DNA of 64,000 bases, taken from assembly GCF_009914755.1 (NCBI RefSeq), contig NC_060929.1. One strand, written 5' to 3'. The position numbers and the translations under genes were made by a program. Positions 27,834-42,650 of the stretch are shown here, one piece after another (the stretch's first letter is position 1; each line of letters starts with the position of its first letter). The notes below the pieces were generated by a model. That model did not search any database, had not been told where the DNA came from, and saw nothing but the letters and a program-made list of their open reading frames with translations. Origin of the DNA: the human T2T-CHM13v2.0 reference genome, Homo sapiens.

Positions 27834-28033
27834 TGGTCCATTGTTTCTTTATGTATGAACTTTTAAGAACTCTTTCTATATTTCACATACAAGTCATTTA
27901 TCATATATGTGTTTTAGAAATATTTCTCCCAGTCTGTAATTTGTTTTTTATAATTCCCTTAACAGTGTCATTTGCAAAGCAAAGCAAAAGTTTTTAAATT
28001 TTTTTTTGTTTTATTTTGTTCTTTGGTGCTCTA

Positions 28034-28355
28034 CAGGTTGAGCATACCTAATCAGAAAACTCAAAATTCAAAATGCTCAAAAATCTGAAATTGTGAATGC
28101 TGACATGACAAGTGGAAAATTCCACACATAAGTACTTAACACAAACTTAGTTTTATACATTAAATCATTTAAAAGATTGCACAAAATTACTTTCAGGCTA
28201 TGTGTATATGGTGTATATGAAACATAAATAAATGTGTGTTTAGACGTGGCTCCCATTCCCAAGATATCTCATTATGAATATGTAAATATTTCAAAGTCTG
28301 AAAAATGTGAAATCTGAAACACTTCTGGTTTCATGCATTTTAGATACATGTATTT
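28034..28355. mobile_element. Tigger4b-like DNA transposon
   Basis: TA|caggttgagcat terminus; tctgaaacacttctggt near the other end. Confidence 0.8.
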
Positions 28356-28394
28356 AAAAATAATTTTTGTCCGAAATAACTTGTGTCTTGTGTC

Positions 28395-28441
28395 TTGTAT
28401 CTAAAACAACTTATATCTAAAAACAACTTGTATCTAAAAAC
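28395..28441. repeat. Short tandem repeat, 3 x 16-17 bp (ctt(g/a)tatctaaaa(a)caa)
   Basis: Direct reading. Confidence 0.8.
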
Positions 28442-29435
28442 TAATTACCAAAGTAAAGTCATGTAGTTGTCTTCTATAATTTTTTCTGGATGTTTTGTCA
28501 TTTTGTGCTGTACATTTAGGTCTATGATTCATTTTGAGATTTTTTAAGATATAATGTCTGTGTGCAGATTAAGTTTTTAACATAAGGATGTCAATTTTTC
28601 TATCATCGTTTGTTGAAAATATTATCCTTTTCCATTGAACTTTCCTTTACCAGTTTTCAAAGATTTGTTGATTATATATATTTGTGACTATTTCTGTATA
28701 TTCTGTTCCATCGATCTACATGACCATCTTATTGACAAAATCACTTCCTTGCTGTAGCTTTATAGTAAGTTTTGAAATAGAGGAATAAGTTTTTCATTTT
28801 GTTTTTCTTCAGTTTGTCTATTATTAGTCCTTTGCCTTCCCATCTAAATATTAGAATTAGTTTGTCAATGTGTACAAAATAGCTTCCTGGGATTTGGGTT
28901 GGAATTACATTTACACTATTGACCAAATTTGGAAGAATTTACATCTTAACAATATTGACCCTCCCAATCCATGAATATATCGCCATTATTTAGATTTCAT
29001 TTTATTTCTCTTATCAGAGTTTTGGACTTTTTGCATATAAATCCTGTACATGCATTGTTAGATTTAGAGTTAAGTGCTTTATTTGGTGGTACAATTGTGA
29101 AGAGTATTGAGTTTTAATTCCAGTTTTAATTGTTTAACACTGATATCTAGGAAATCCACTTGTTTTTGGATGTTTTCTTTTGATCCTAAATTTGTGGGAA
29201 TAGGATTGTTCATAGTAACCCTTTATTATCCTCTTAATGTTCATGAGACCAGTAGTGCTGACTACTCTTTCACTTCCAGTATTTGTAATTTATGTCACTT
29301 CTCTTTTATTCCTATTTAGCTTGGCTGGAAGCTGATTACTGTTATTGACTTTTCCAAAGGATCAGCTTCAAGTTTTCTTGATTTTCTTTTCTTTATTCCT
29401 GTATTCGGTTTCATTAATTTCTGTTGTAATTCTTA

Positions 29436-29482
29436 TTTACTTTAGAATTAACTTCTCTGTTTACTTTAGAATTAACTTTCTC
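29436..29482. repeat. Tandem duplication, ~2 x 24 bp (tttactttagaattaactt...)
   Basis: Direct reading. Confidence 0.8.
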
Positions 29483-32397
29483 TTCTCTGCTTTCCTAAGA
29501 ATTAAGCTTATATTATTGATTTTAAATATTTCCTCTTTTGTAATATAAGTATTTTATGCTATAAATTTTTCTCAAAGCACTGCTTTGGCTGCATCCCACA
29601 AATTTTGATACATTGTATTTTTATTTGATTAAAAATATTTTAAAATATTCTATTGAAACTCATTCTTGGACCCATATGTTATGCATATTATTTAATTTCC
29701 AAATATTTGGAAATTTTTTAATCTTTTCAGCTATCTTTCTGTCATTGGTATTATTACCACATTAAAGAATGAGTATCTTTTTAAAAAATAGATCAATTAA
29801 TAAAAGAAAAATTAGAGCTTTCACTTTATCTTTTCACTAATGCTCTTCTTTTCTTTATATAGATTTCAATTTGTGGCCAATGTTACTTCTTTTAAAAATT
29901 TTGCAGGATGGGTCAACTAGCAATGAATTCCTTAAGTTTTTGTTTGTCTGAGATCATCTTTATTTTATCCTCACTTTGAAGGATAATTTCATAGAATAGA
30001 ATAGAATACTGAATAGAATAATAGATTTATAAAATTTTTCTTCCAACATTTTAAATATTCCACTCCATTCTCTTCTTGTTTGCATGGTTTCTAGTGAGAA
30101 GTCTGCTGTAATTCTTATTCTTGTTTTTCTATAGGTAGATTTATTTTCATTTGTCTTATTTCAAGATTTGTAATGTGTTATTGTTTTCTATACTTTAAAT
30201 ATTAAAAAATCTAAATACCATTTTTTTTGTATTCCTCTTGATTGATGTTCTTTGGTCTTCTTGTATTTTTAGGTTGGTGTCTGTTATTAATTTTTGAAAA
30301 TTGTCAGCTATCACTACTTCAAATATTCATGGTATATTTCTATTTCTGCTTCTGGTATTCCAATTATCTGTATTACAGTTTTTGAAATTGTCTTATGTCT
30401 TACAGTTATTGGATGATCTGTCACTTTTTTTTGTTTGTTTGTTTTACTGTTTACAATTCAGTTTGGGAAGTTGCTATTGACTTAATTTCTGGGTCTTTTC
30501 TTGGCTGTGTGCAGTCTACTAATAAGCCTTTCAAGGGCATTCTTAACTTTTTAAAATAATATTTTGGTGTTTTATTGATAGCATTTCATTTTGATTTTTT
30601 CTTAAGAGTTTCCATCCCTCTGCTTATATTACCCATCTATCATTGCACATGGTCTACCTTTTCCACTGGAGCCCTTAACATGTGAATCACGGCTATTTAA
30701 AATTATCTGTCTAATAATTCCACTTTGGTGTTATATTTTAGTTTTAATTATTCTTTTATTTCTTCAGAATTCTTTTTTTTGTCTTTCAGCATGCCTTGTA
30801 ATTTTTTGGTAATAGCTGGGCAAAATGTTTTGGATGTTAGGAACTGAAATAAATGGGTCTTCAGTGTGAGGATTTATGTTAATCTGACTATGAGCAGGGC
30901 TGTGTTTGTATATTACATATCTAGATGCTAAAGTCTTTAAAGTTCTTTAGAATTCTTTTTTTTTTTTTTCTCACCTCTCCTAATTTTGGGCTTTTCCAAG
31001 AGCTCTTTTTCAGATAGGGTCCGCATCTTGCAGCTCTTTTAGCTGTAATCTACTGTTATTATACTGGAGTCCTGTTGGTATGATGATAAGGTATATGGAA
31101 GAGGTAGCATTCTATAATTGTATAACTACATCTCAATCTTTTGTGGGTTTGTATCCCTGGTTGTGAATTTCACAAGAGTTTCTTAGCTTTGTTCTCACCC
31201 TTATGTGAGACAGGCGGACTAGAAAGGGCTAACAGGTGAGAAGCCTGAGAAATTCTTTTCTTTACAGGTAGGATAAGGATTTGGTAAAGTAATTTCCCCT
31301 AGAGAGTAGATATTTGTAGTGGAGCAAGCTCTGGCTGTATTTCTCAATGGTTATTCTCTTTTTTTCCCACTGCTAGAGCCAAGAGCATACTTTTCTTGGA
31401 TCTTGAACATGAGAACCTGGTGAGTCTCCTGGGAGTAAAACACAAAAGTGTGGGGGCCTCCTTAAGACCCTAGTACCTATGAGTTTTCACTCTCAAGCTA
31501 GTCCACACACAGCTTCAGCAATTTGTCCAAGTTAATGGCTCCAGTGCCTTCTGCTCCATGTAAGAACATCTCAGCATGACTCTTTAGATCTGCCTGTCTA
31601 TCCATGCTTCTGGATGGAAGTTTGTTCTATGACATTAGTTCTCTTATGGGTCTGAGAAAAGTTATTGATTTTTTAATTTGCTCATCTTTACTGTTGTTGT
31701 AACAATGGGAGTTATGACTTCTGAACTCTGTACATGTTAGAGCTAAAACCAAAAGCTCCTTCATAGATTTTTAGTTCAGTTTCAGAAATTGGCTTACTTG
31801 TGACTTTTTTGTTTGGTTGCTTAATTTTGTTGTTGTTGTGGTTTGGTTCAGTTTGCTTTTATTTCACTTTTAAAAAAATTAAATGTGAATTCACCAACCT
31901 AGTCAATACCATTAAGTGTTTTCACTTAGTAAGATAGAGCCAGTGAGCTAATAGTATTTGGCCCCTATTCCCTTCACTTGATCTTAGGAAGAAATATATC
32001 ACTTAGAGTTGACATTATGCCCCTCTACTTAACTCCTTTACCCTAGTAAGAACCTCAAATAAAAGGAATAAGTGAAATGCTTGCCTTTCCTTGAAAGAAC
32101 AAATAAACAATGGTGTCTATTAAAGCTTTCAGTCCTGAGTCACACTGGGGCTACTTTCATTAGTACTAGATCCAACTTACTGAGAGTTCCAACCATTTCT
32201 TAGGGGGAAAAAATTGATTATTTGAAGTCAAGCCATGATCTATATTGAATAACATCTATTTCTAATAAATAACTAATTAGATAATAAAAGTCTTCACAAA
32301 GTGGTGTAAGGGCTGTTAAAGGATGGGACCAAAAATGCAAGGGAGCTTGACCTATATATATTTAGGTTGAGAGAGAGATATTTTCAATATTTCATGT

Positions 32398-32833
32398 GGT
32401 GATGGTTAATTTTATATGTCAACTTAAGTAGGCTAGGGGATATCCAGAAAGCAGGTAAAACATTATTTCTAGGGGTGTCTGTGAGGGTGTTTTTGGAAGA
32501 GTTTAGCATTTGAATAGGTAGACAGTAAAGATCATCCTCACCAGTGCAAGTGAACATCATCCAATTTCTTTGGGGCCTCAATAGAACAAGAAGGTGGAGG
32601 AAGAGTAAACTCACTCACTCTGCTTGAGCTGGGCCATCCATCTATCCGCTCCTGACCTAGGACATTTGTGTTCCTGGTTCTCAGGCCTTGGGGCTTGGAC
32701 TGAAACGACACCACCAGCCTTCTTGGGCCTCCAGCTTGCAAAAAGTTAATCACAGGATTTCTGAGCTTCCATAACTGTGTGAGCCAATCTTCATAATAAG
32801 TATCTTTCTACACACACACACACACAGACACAG

Positions 32834-32864
<31 letters not shown>

Positions 32865-32899
32865 TTGTTTTATTACTCAGGAGAACCCTGATAAATACA
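32398..32899 (+). mobile_element. MLT2 (MLT2B-like, ERVL) solo LTR containing (CA)n
   Basis: gtgatggttaattttatatgtcaactt...ggagaaccctgataaataca. Confidence 0.85.
32810..32862. repeat. Interrupted (CA)n microsatellite
   Basis: Direct reading. Confidence 0.95.
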
Positions 32900-34486
32900 A
32901 GTGCCATGATAATTTTCCATTTTGCTTCTGCTTTAAATAAATAGATCTCCAGAGCTTAAAATAACTAAATTATCTTTATCTATGCATGTGGACTAAAGAG
33001 AAATAAAATGAAATGACTATAAATGTTCAAAGCTGGCCACGAAGGCATTCTTCAATAGCCCAAAAGCTTACATAGTTAATAATTGGTAGAGAAAATAGTC
33101 TTGAACTGGATCTATCCAAAGCCACCCATGTACTTTTCACTAGAATGCTCTGCTTCCCATTTACTTTTGACTTTTGAGCCAAGTAAAAAGTGAATAATAA
33201 AATGCACTTAAATAAATAAATATCCACACAAACACACACACAAAAGCTAGTTATTTAATTTTTGGTGGTATCTTAGTATGTCTTATATTCACCTACAATA
33301 AATATTCAGAAAAATACTACCCACATATGCTTCAAAAGGTTTTACAGGATGTACTAAAATGCATACTGGGGTAAAAGTAAATATAAATTTTTCTTCATTG
33401 ATAAATTGAGCTCATTCTCTCCCAGTATCTATGAATAACATTTTTTCATTTATTTTTTCAGCAGCAAAACTTATAAAGAAGATGTCTACCTTGTTATCTT
33501 AGAATCACAATTTCTAATATACTTAACTGTTACATAAAAACACATTAAGTCTTTGATTATTTCCAGAGGTGTAACAATTTCTTTCAGATTTACCATTTAT
33601 CTGGGCTCTGTCATTTGAAAAGGAAAAAGATAAATGAGTAAAAGTAAAATAGATTAGGAAGAGTAGGTAAAAGAAGGAGTCTGTCCTCTTCTTATTCACA
33701 AGCATGTTCACTGTAGATATTTAGTTTGAATGGTAATTATTAAACCATGATTTCTTAGTCTCTTATCAAGAAATCTATGTATCTGATTGTAAGATCCCAA
33801 TAACTTCTTTGCAAAACTGTGACAATAATGTTATTTTTATTTTATAGAAGAAACCACTTTTGTTGATTGCATGTTATCTATAATCGTAAACTCAGTATAA
33901 GACCTTCTAACCTGAAGTACAGTGTTTTTGAACTCTGAGATCTCTTGTTCCAGGCTCTCTAAAGAGGTAGTGTCTACTGCCTATGTTCCTGTCAACAGGT
34001 TCCTCCCTGTTAAGTAAGCCCAAGTAGAGCGGATATTGTTGGTTGCATACCCAGAATTAGAACTCTCCTTCCCATATCTACTATCAAGATTATCATTCAG
34101 GTTGTACAACTTCCAAACTCCACTCATAAGCTTCAGGGAAGATGATACTATCTTCATTTCCAGCTGTGCATCTGATTGACTTTATTCAATTGCCTCCTGC
34201 CATTCACCTGGATGTAGTCATTGCTTTAGTGTCAAGTTAATAGCAAGGTTCTATTTTAATATGCTGGTAATGAAACAGAAAACACGTAAGTTGAATTGCT
34301 ACTGGTAACTTTTCTAACCACAAGGGTAGTCCCTTTAACATGAAGTTGCCTGCAGAAAAGGATAGCATTGAAAAGGTCGAAAACTGGTCCTTCATTACGT
34401 TCTGTAACTATTGAATCAGATAACACTAAATCGACTTTAACTGAATTGGTGCTTGAGCCAGTAATTTCCTTTAATTGTTAAGGCAG

Positions 34487-34948
34487 TGTATTAGTCCAGG
34501 TTTTCCAGAGTGACAGAACCAATAAAAGATCTATCTCTTTATCTGTCTATTGAGAGATTACAATGAATTGGCTCATGCAGTTATGGAGGCTAAGAAGTCC
34601 CCAAACTTGCAAGCTGGAGTCCCAGGAGAGCTGACGGTATAGGTCCATTCTGAATCCGAAGGCCTGAGAATGAGGAGAGCAGAGGGTGTTAGTTCCAGTC
34701 TGAGACTGAATTCAAGGCAGAGGAAACCCTCAGGAAGTGAGAATGAATTCATTAAGTTCTATTCAAGCCTTCAATGGATTGAATGAGTCCCACCAACATT
34801 GGGCAGGCAATCTGCTGTACCCAATCTACCTATTCAAACATTAATCTCTTCCAGAAACACCCTTTTAGACACACAGAGAATAAAGTTTAAATAAATATCT
34901 GGGCACCCTGTGGCCCAGTCAAATTGAAACATAAAATTAACCATCACA
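34487..34948 (-). mobile_element. MLT2 solo LTR (probably inserted in an older MLT1 fragment at ~34030-35000)
   Basis: tgtattagtccaggttttccagag...aaaattaaccatcaca termini. Confidence 0.85.
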
Positions 34949-36465
34949 GCCACATTAAGCAGAATCTTCATTACTTGCAGCATAAAACATTTTAACCAAT
35001 ATGCAAGTTTTTTCATCTCTGAAGGATGTAGCATTTCTTAACTGTTTGATGATTTAAAGCCAGCATTTTTCACCATTTATATTACTTATCATTAATTACA
35101 TCTTATATATGTGATCACCATAAAATTTCCTCCTACACTTTATAGCCAATAATTATTAGAAGAGTTTAATAAGCATGAAAATAATTCTGTAAGACTATCA
35201 AGAAAGAAACAGGAAGAAAAGTGAGCCAAATTTTTCAGACAACCCTAGGAAAACACATGAATACAGGCCCAATGGGAAAACTCAAGATCAAGTTATTGCT
35301 TTTTTTCTTTCTTCATTTCTTTGTGTGTATGTTTCTGTGCATGCACATGCAGACACCAGTGTATAAGTCAATCACGCTGAAAAGCTAAATAATTTCAAAG
35401 GCCAGGAATCACCTCAGCTGGTATTTTGTATATCCAGTACTCTGTATGCATTTTCCAACACTGTGATTAGGTGTAAGTTTTATATTACAGGAATTGGGGT
35501 TATCTATATGATATTATAATCACAATCCATTGCAAGCTTTTCATCTATAATTCTTTACAGCTTAGCTTATATTTCACTTTTTCAAATTCCAATTAATTGA
35601 ATAGATTTAAAACTATGCACTAACATATGGCAAAATTCCTGAGAATAAATGGAAGCTCTTGAACTCTATTTCTACTTTATGAAAGACTAAGCCAAGTTCT
35701 ATCAAGGCCTCAAATACAGAAATGGTTAGATTCAAAGGATAGTTTACCAACTTATTAAAATATGACTATTTCAGCTAGTTAGATAGTTATGAGATTTTGT
35801 TCAGACAACAAGCATATTTTTTCTTTTCTTTTTTCTTTTTTTTTGTATTAGGTTACAGCAGCTATAGGCAGGCCCTCCCTATCAGTAAATAGAACAAAAG
35901 CGCAGTTAGAAATGTGATTTCAACAGCTTTGAAAAGTAACTCACCCCAAAATGACTTATTAGCCCATTAACACTTAAAAGTGGAATCGTTTTCAGATTAA
36001 CAAGCTTCCACAAGCACAGAATGGATGAAGTCACAAATGCACCTGTTCTAATACCAAATTTTCTTTCTTATTGCAAAAGTGATACACTTTCATTTGAGGA
36101 CGTTTAGGGAATATACAATAATTAAAGAAAAAAATAGAAGTCACCCACAAGCTCACTAGCTAAACATCACTACTCTTAACATTTGGTTGAATATACTTGC
36201 TTTTTGTTGATTTATATATGTGTAAAAATATATGATGTTTAAAACTTAATGTTATCCCTTAGAGGTGCAGATATTTAATTTTATTTCTTTATAGCTGGGT
36301 TTGTTCACCACTCTTTCTTTTCGCATTTGTAGTGGAAAATAAATTTAAGTTTTTCATTTTAAGCTGATTGAAATACTTCTCATTAGCTGAATCATTTCTG
36401 CATTAGCTCACTCATTTTTTCAAAGTTTCAACCCCTCCCTCTTTCCATTTTCTTTCTCTTCATGG

Positions 36466-36973
36466 TGTAATGGCATGGTGGAAAGGTCTTCAGCTTGCAC
36501 ACAACCTCAGCTGGTGTTAGCTGAGAGATCACACAGACAATTGTGTTTGGATGTGAATATCTGTTCCTGATGCATCTGCTCTTGACCTTCTTTTGTCATA
36601 GGCAACACATGGTAGTTTCTTCTGCAAAGCTCCCTGCTGTCCAGTTGCTAGTTAACACCTTGGCCTATATTTCAACTTGCATTCACCTCCCAGTTTAAGC
36701 ATATACATTCCTCCTTACCCACCACCTCAATGGGTTCTGAGAAGGCTCAGAAACACACACAATCTCTAAAGGCCTGTCCTGAGGACACTGAGACAGCACA
36801 CTTAGACAGCTGTGCCTAAGAAGGCATTCAGTTTGGTAATGTACTCCCTCCTTCTCTGACTCATACTCCTTTTTCCCTTTCTTCTGCTTTCCTGGGATTG
36901 CTCTCACTAAATAAATGTTAGCACATAGGCTTCTGCCTCCAGATCTGTTTTCTTGAGAACATGTGCTAAGACA
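36466..36973 (+). mobile_element. Old ERVL-type solo LTR (LTR33-like)
   Basis: TG start, aataaa near the 3' end, ...gagaacatgtgctaagaca terminus. Confidence 0.5.
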
Positions 36974-37389
36974 GGGTGCATTTATTTTGTGTGTGGGGGT
37001 GAGACTAATCCCACATTTTCTTTTTTAAGTACATCATGTTGTTTTGGATGATAGACTTACCCTTCTAAAATATTTTGCATATGTTAATGTCAAGTTGATT
37101 TTTATTACACTGCACTCATATTACCTACACAAAATAAACACTTCATTCCTTTTTCTTGTATTAATACTTTTTGTGTGCCTGTCAAAGGAAATGGGGACAT
37201 AAGGTGCATTGACTTTAAATGGTTTATTTTAAATATATAAAAGCATGGAGTAAGAACAAATTTTCATCTGCCAAACCACTTGGCTAAGTTTACTATAAAA
37301 TATTGGTAGCAGTGCACATGGCTCTGATTGAGTAATAATAGACCATTCGTCAAGAATGAACATTTTCTCTAAACTAGTATTTCAATATA

Positions 37390-37670
37390 CAACTTGGTCT
37401 TCCCTGTTTGCTTAGGCTATCATCTTCTTCAAGTTATTTTTCTAATGATTCCTATTTAAATTATGTCTTTTGTCTTATTTTATTTTATAGCACTTATCAC
37501 CAATTGATATACTACAAAGTTTATCTATTATTGTTATTTCAATTCACTAATGTATAAGATCTATCAGGGCAGAAATTATTTTCTGTTTTTTTACTGCTGT
37601 CTTCTCAATTCCTAGAACAGTACAACTGAAATATAGTAGGTACCTATGCATATTTGATAAATGAATGCAT
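37390..37670 (+). mobile_element. L2 3' end
   Basis: atagcacttatcacc...agggcag...cctagaacagt...tagtaggt...ataaatgaatg. Confidence 0.7.
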
Positions 37671-37744
37671 TCTGATTTAGAAAAGATTCTTATTTGCTTA
37701 TTTAGATATTCTAAGTAATGTCTTAAATATATACAACATCTCAA

Positions 37745-37890
37745 AAATTACAAAGGGACTTTATATCACTTTGTTTATCCCTAATAAGAATCTTATCAGG
37801 TAGGAAAAGCAGCTTTTTTTGTGCCCTTTTTACAGATAAAGAATCTACAACTTTCGGAGGTCATGTGTCTTCTCCAAGTTAATCGTCTTA
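37745..37890 (-). mobile_element. MIR fragment
   Basis: Degenerate core ttttacagataaagaa. Confidence 0.45.
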
Positions 37891-39624
37891 GATATGAGAA
37901 TAACCATCACCTTTCTTGCTTTTTTTGAACTTCAAGGCTATTATTATGTGTTTAAGAATAAGTGATGTCTGATTATAATATCACAGCAGCCAGTCCCTTT
38001 TATCGTGGCTGCATACCTGACATATATTGAGACCACAGTCACTGAAACTATGCAAATTGATAAATTTCCTCTGACACTAAAACAGCTTGGCACGTATGTA
38101 TTCTCATATCCAACTGTTGATCTACCTTCTCTATGGGCTGAAAGTTAAGGAACGAATGAAGTGGGATCAGTGTTGAGTGCATTTGTTAATATAACACACA
38201 CATATGAGCATGTATATGCACAGAGGCTATGCCATTAGGTAGTATTTTAAAGGAAACAGATCACTAAATAATTTACTCCTATGATTCTCCAGTTGATTTC
38301 CATTAAAGTCTGCTGATAATCCTAGCATTTCATCATCCTAAATCTAATTTTCCTTTTTGCCTCAACTTATCACCTGTGTATTACACTGAAAAAACCTTTT
38401 CAATTTTGTGTGATTCAAGAACCAATCTCCTGACCCACTACTCTTGCCAATCAAATTAGTTAAAACTAACTAGTATGGAAACAAATGTGATCATCTAAGG
38501 AGATTTTTATCTCTTGCCTTTATTGGAAAACAAAGACTATGGTATGAACTACTTAGGTTATGTATGGATTGCTTTAGTCAGTAGCAAAATAGTAACTCCT
38601 CCCCATTTTAAAGCTATTTAAAAGCCAATAGTGGTTTCCAATTATTCACCAAATATGTATATCTCATGTGTTAACCAGTGACAATACAAAATGACAAAAG
38701 AATAATGGAATTTCTCATTCAACTCAACTGTATTATATGCCATGCAAAGACGTGCTACTCACACTGAAACAGACAATGAATACACATTGTGTGACACACA
38801 AGGCTTAAAAATAGAGATGTGTGGGTAGCAAAGTATCTGCTGTGACAAAGTTCTGATTTACTAATTATCTGCAACACATTTTGGATCCCATAAATGCTAC
38901 CCCAATCTTTTTACAATTCACCAGAGGGTGATTTTGGCAGGTTGTCAGCAGGCAAATAGGGAAATGAGTTGGGAAACATTAATAAAGGTTGAAAACAACA
39001 GCTTTTCATGCTTTGGGCTCATCATTCAAATATAACCAAAAAAAATCATGAGATGAGGAACAGGAACAATAGGCTGAAAAGAAGAGAAAGAAGGAAGCAA
39101 GTGTTTAATGAAAGTAAAGTTACATTTGTGAAGTTCTTGTCAAATGTTTCTTGTAGTGTTTTTCTTGAAGTTGTCTTATTTTTTTTTTAGAAAATCAATA
39201 AAATTTTACTCCATGATAGTAAAATAATTTGTTCCTAAATATAGCAAAATCTTCATCCATTTTAACATCTAAAGCAACAACTTATTATCAAGGTTCCAAA
39301 AAGAGGAACAAAATTATAACAGCTATAAAGATATTTAAAAAAATAAAACCAGAGCATCGATATAGAGAATAGGCTTTCTATGATTAAAACAAGATGGAAT
39401 TCCTAACAGTACATATTTTCTTTCATTTCCTAATGTGTATTTCTGGAATTTTTACTGCATTTATATGCAAAATATGTGTATGCTGGGTTCAGTACATTAG
39501 ACTACATATTGACTGAATGAAACCCCTACTTTATAAGGAAGTGTGAATATTAGGAATAAGTGGAGCTTATACTGTGTGTTTAGCTTAGAAGTGTATGTCA
39601 GTCATGTGTGATGGAAAGAAAAAA

Positions 39625-39800
39625 ACCTAGAGTAAAACAACTGAGTTTCAACTTTTATCTCTTCTATTTACCAGTTCTGTACCCTCGGGCAAGCTTTTAA
39701 CTTCTAGGAACCTCAGACTTGCTGTTCGTGAAATAGGCACCTCCTTTAGAAAGTTGTTAACCTGAAATAAATATGGATGTGACAGCGCCCAGCACAACTG
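39625..39800 (+). mobile_element. MIR fragment
   Basis: tttaccagttctgtaccctcgggcaag...aacctcag...gcgcccagcaca. Confidence 0.55.
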
Positions 39801-39928
39801 AAGAACACACATCATAGTTTGTTAAGTAAAATTTAAAAATGGAAACATAATGTTATGAAGTATAAAATGATATTTCTGTTTCAAGAAATCAATGATAGCG
39901 CATTCAAATATTCCATATATTGAAATAA

Positions 39929-40266
<338 letters not shown>

Positions 40267-41259
40267 AAATAATGTTTTAACTGACCTATAGTCATAAGAT
40301 TTGTGTAATTAAAAATATAGAAAGAATAATACAATAAACTCCTGTTTAATGCTATTGTTATATATAGTTTAAATATAATTTTATATGAAATATTATGAGC
40401 TTGAAGCTTTCTTTCTAGCCCATCCCTAGTCTTATTTATTTCCTCCATTCCAGTAATTAACTAGAATTTCATCCATCTTATTTTTAGCATTCTTACATAC
40501 ATGTGCATCTGTTGAAGGTAAATTATTTCAAGTATTATTCTGAGACTAACATTTTTGGCATTCAACATTCTGTATTTGTGATCTTTCTATACACACCTAG
40601 ACCTAGTTTATTATTTTAAACAGCTAAATAATATTTTGCCACATAAACATAGAATGTTTTATTTCTTTCTACTGATGGGCACTGAAGTTCATTTAAATTT
40701 TGCTTTAAACAACATTTTATTGAGGATCTTTATACATACTTTCTTATGCACATGTACAATAATAATATTAGATTGTTTACCCAGGAGCTCAATTGCTCCT
40801 GGGGAGTTATCAGGTTTTAAAACTAATAGATATCTTAGAGATCATATGATATTATACACTCATTTCATTGAGACACAGTTAAACCAATTACAGCAGTGGC
40901 AAAGCTAAAAGTAGACTCCAAGCCTTCTTAATCTTATTTCTGTGCATTTGTGTCAATACTCTATCCACCTATGCTTTTTGCTATACAGATGCTTGTATAT
41001 TTATTCCCAATACAACCCAAGAAAGTGCTCCCTTACTACTTAATCAAAGCATCCTATAAAGTTGTTGACTAGGCATTTACATGAGGTTGCAAGAACACTG
41101 GATTGGGAATCGGGAAGCCTTCAGCTTTACTCTATACTGTGCTATTAACTCCCTGTGGTCACTGTAGAACACATGTAACTTCTATGTCTCAACCTCGGCC
41201 CTTAGACCTTTCTTTGGAGCTACAAAGAAAGAAATCACTCACTTGGTATTTCTGCTTGA

Positions 41260-42650
41260 CTCTGTCCTGGGCATCTCAATTTTAACACATACAGAGCCGA
41301 ACTCACTCTATGAGTCCTCCTCCATTCTATCCTTTCCCTACTCTGTTCCTCCTCTAGCTTCTCAATAAATAATAATTTTTTAAAAACCCCAATAGCTCAA
41401 AACAAAAACCTGAGAGAAATTCTTTACTACACATGCTCTCTGCCTCCCAATATTAAATATTTGCTCATTATCAATAATCTACTAAAACCCACCTAATCCA
41501 AGCCTGATTTCCTGCTCCATTGCTGTCACTGTTTCCCTCCATATCATGACTTACATAGTAGTTAGAATTTATTTAAAAGATACATTGGATAAGGTCACCA
41601 CTTGCTTAAAACCCATTCATGTCTCCTAACTAAAGGAATTGCTCTTAGAATAAAAGTCAAATTCCTTACCAGCCAAATCCCTTAGAATAAAAATCAAAGT
41701 CCAATTTACTTACCAGGAATTTATCAGCCTCATCGTGTACCACTCTCACCTTCATTAGCTGTGCAACAGCCACACTAGCCTTTTTTCAACTCCTTACTTG
41801 CGGCAAGTTATTTCCTATACCAGGGCCTTTGCACATGTTCTTTCTCCTGCCCAGATCACTCTGCCTCATACCTCACATGGCTGGCTCATTCTTCAGGTGT
41901 CAGATCAATTATAAGTTCCTCAAAGAGGTCTCCTTTGCCCATCAGATCTAAAGTAAGCCCTATCACCTTATCCACTCCTAGTATTACCAATAATTTTCTT
42001 TTTGTATTTATCACTGTATTAGTTTTCTAGGAATGCCATAACAAAGTACCACAAACTGGGTGGCTGAAACAACAGAATTTATTATCTCACAGTTTCAAGG
42101 ACTAGAAGTCTTAGATGGAGATGTTAGCAGGGTCAGTTCCTTCTAGGGGGTGTGAGGAAGAATCTGTTCCATTCCTCTCCCTTAGTTCCTGGTGGTTTGC
42201 TGGGAATCTTTGGCATTCCTTGGATTTCAGAAGCAGCACTTTGACCTCTGCCTCCATCTTCACATGGAGCTCTCTGTGTGTTTATGTCAGTGTCAAAATT
42301 TCCCCTTCTTACAAGAACTCTGGTCATATTAGATTAGGGGCCAACCCTACACCAGTTTGACCTCATCTTAAATAATTATACCTCTAGTTATGTTATTTTC
42401 AAATAAAGTTACATTTTGAGATATTGGGGGTCAGGACTTGAACATATGAATTTTTAGGGGACATAATTCAACAAATAACAAGGATTTATTCAAATTTATA
42501 ATTCTATATGTGTTTAATGACCATTTCCTCTAACAGATTCTAAATTTATTCACAAAGACAGTTTTTTTTCTTTTTCTTTTATTTTTTTAAACATGTATAG
42601 CCAATGCCCTCTACAGACTCGGCATCTGATAAACAATAAATATTTGTTAT
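41260..42650 (+). mobile_element. L2 fragments split by an MLT1 LTR
   Basis: cagggcctttgcacatg...ttcctcaaagagg and 3' end aataaatatttgtt. Confidence 0.65.
42015..42480 (-). mobile_element. MLT1C-like solo LTR
   Basis: tgtattagttttctagg...ccataacaaagtaccacaaactggg...aattcaacaaataaca. Confidence 0.85.

Larger units (their letters stand above)
22340..31760 (-). mobile_element. Mosaic of old L1M (L1MC/MD/ME-type) on the minus strand with nested younger elements
   Basis: T-rich antisense L1 sequence; minus-strand peptide at 28741..28926 (IPTQIPGSYFVHIDKLIL...YFKTYYKAT) is ORF2-like; L1MC-type 3'UTR at about 23370-25500. Confidence 0.7.
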
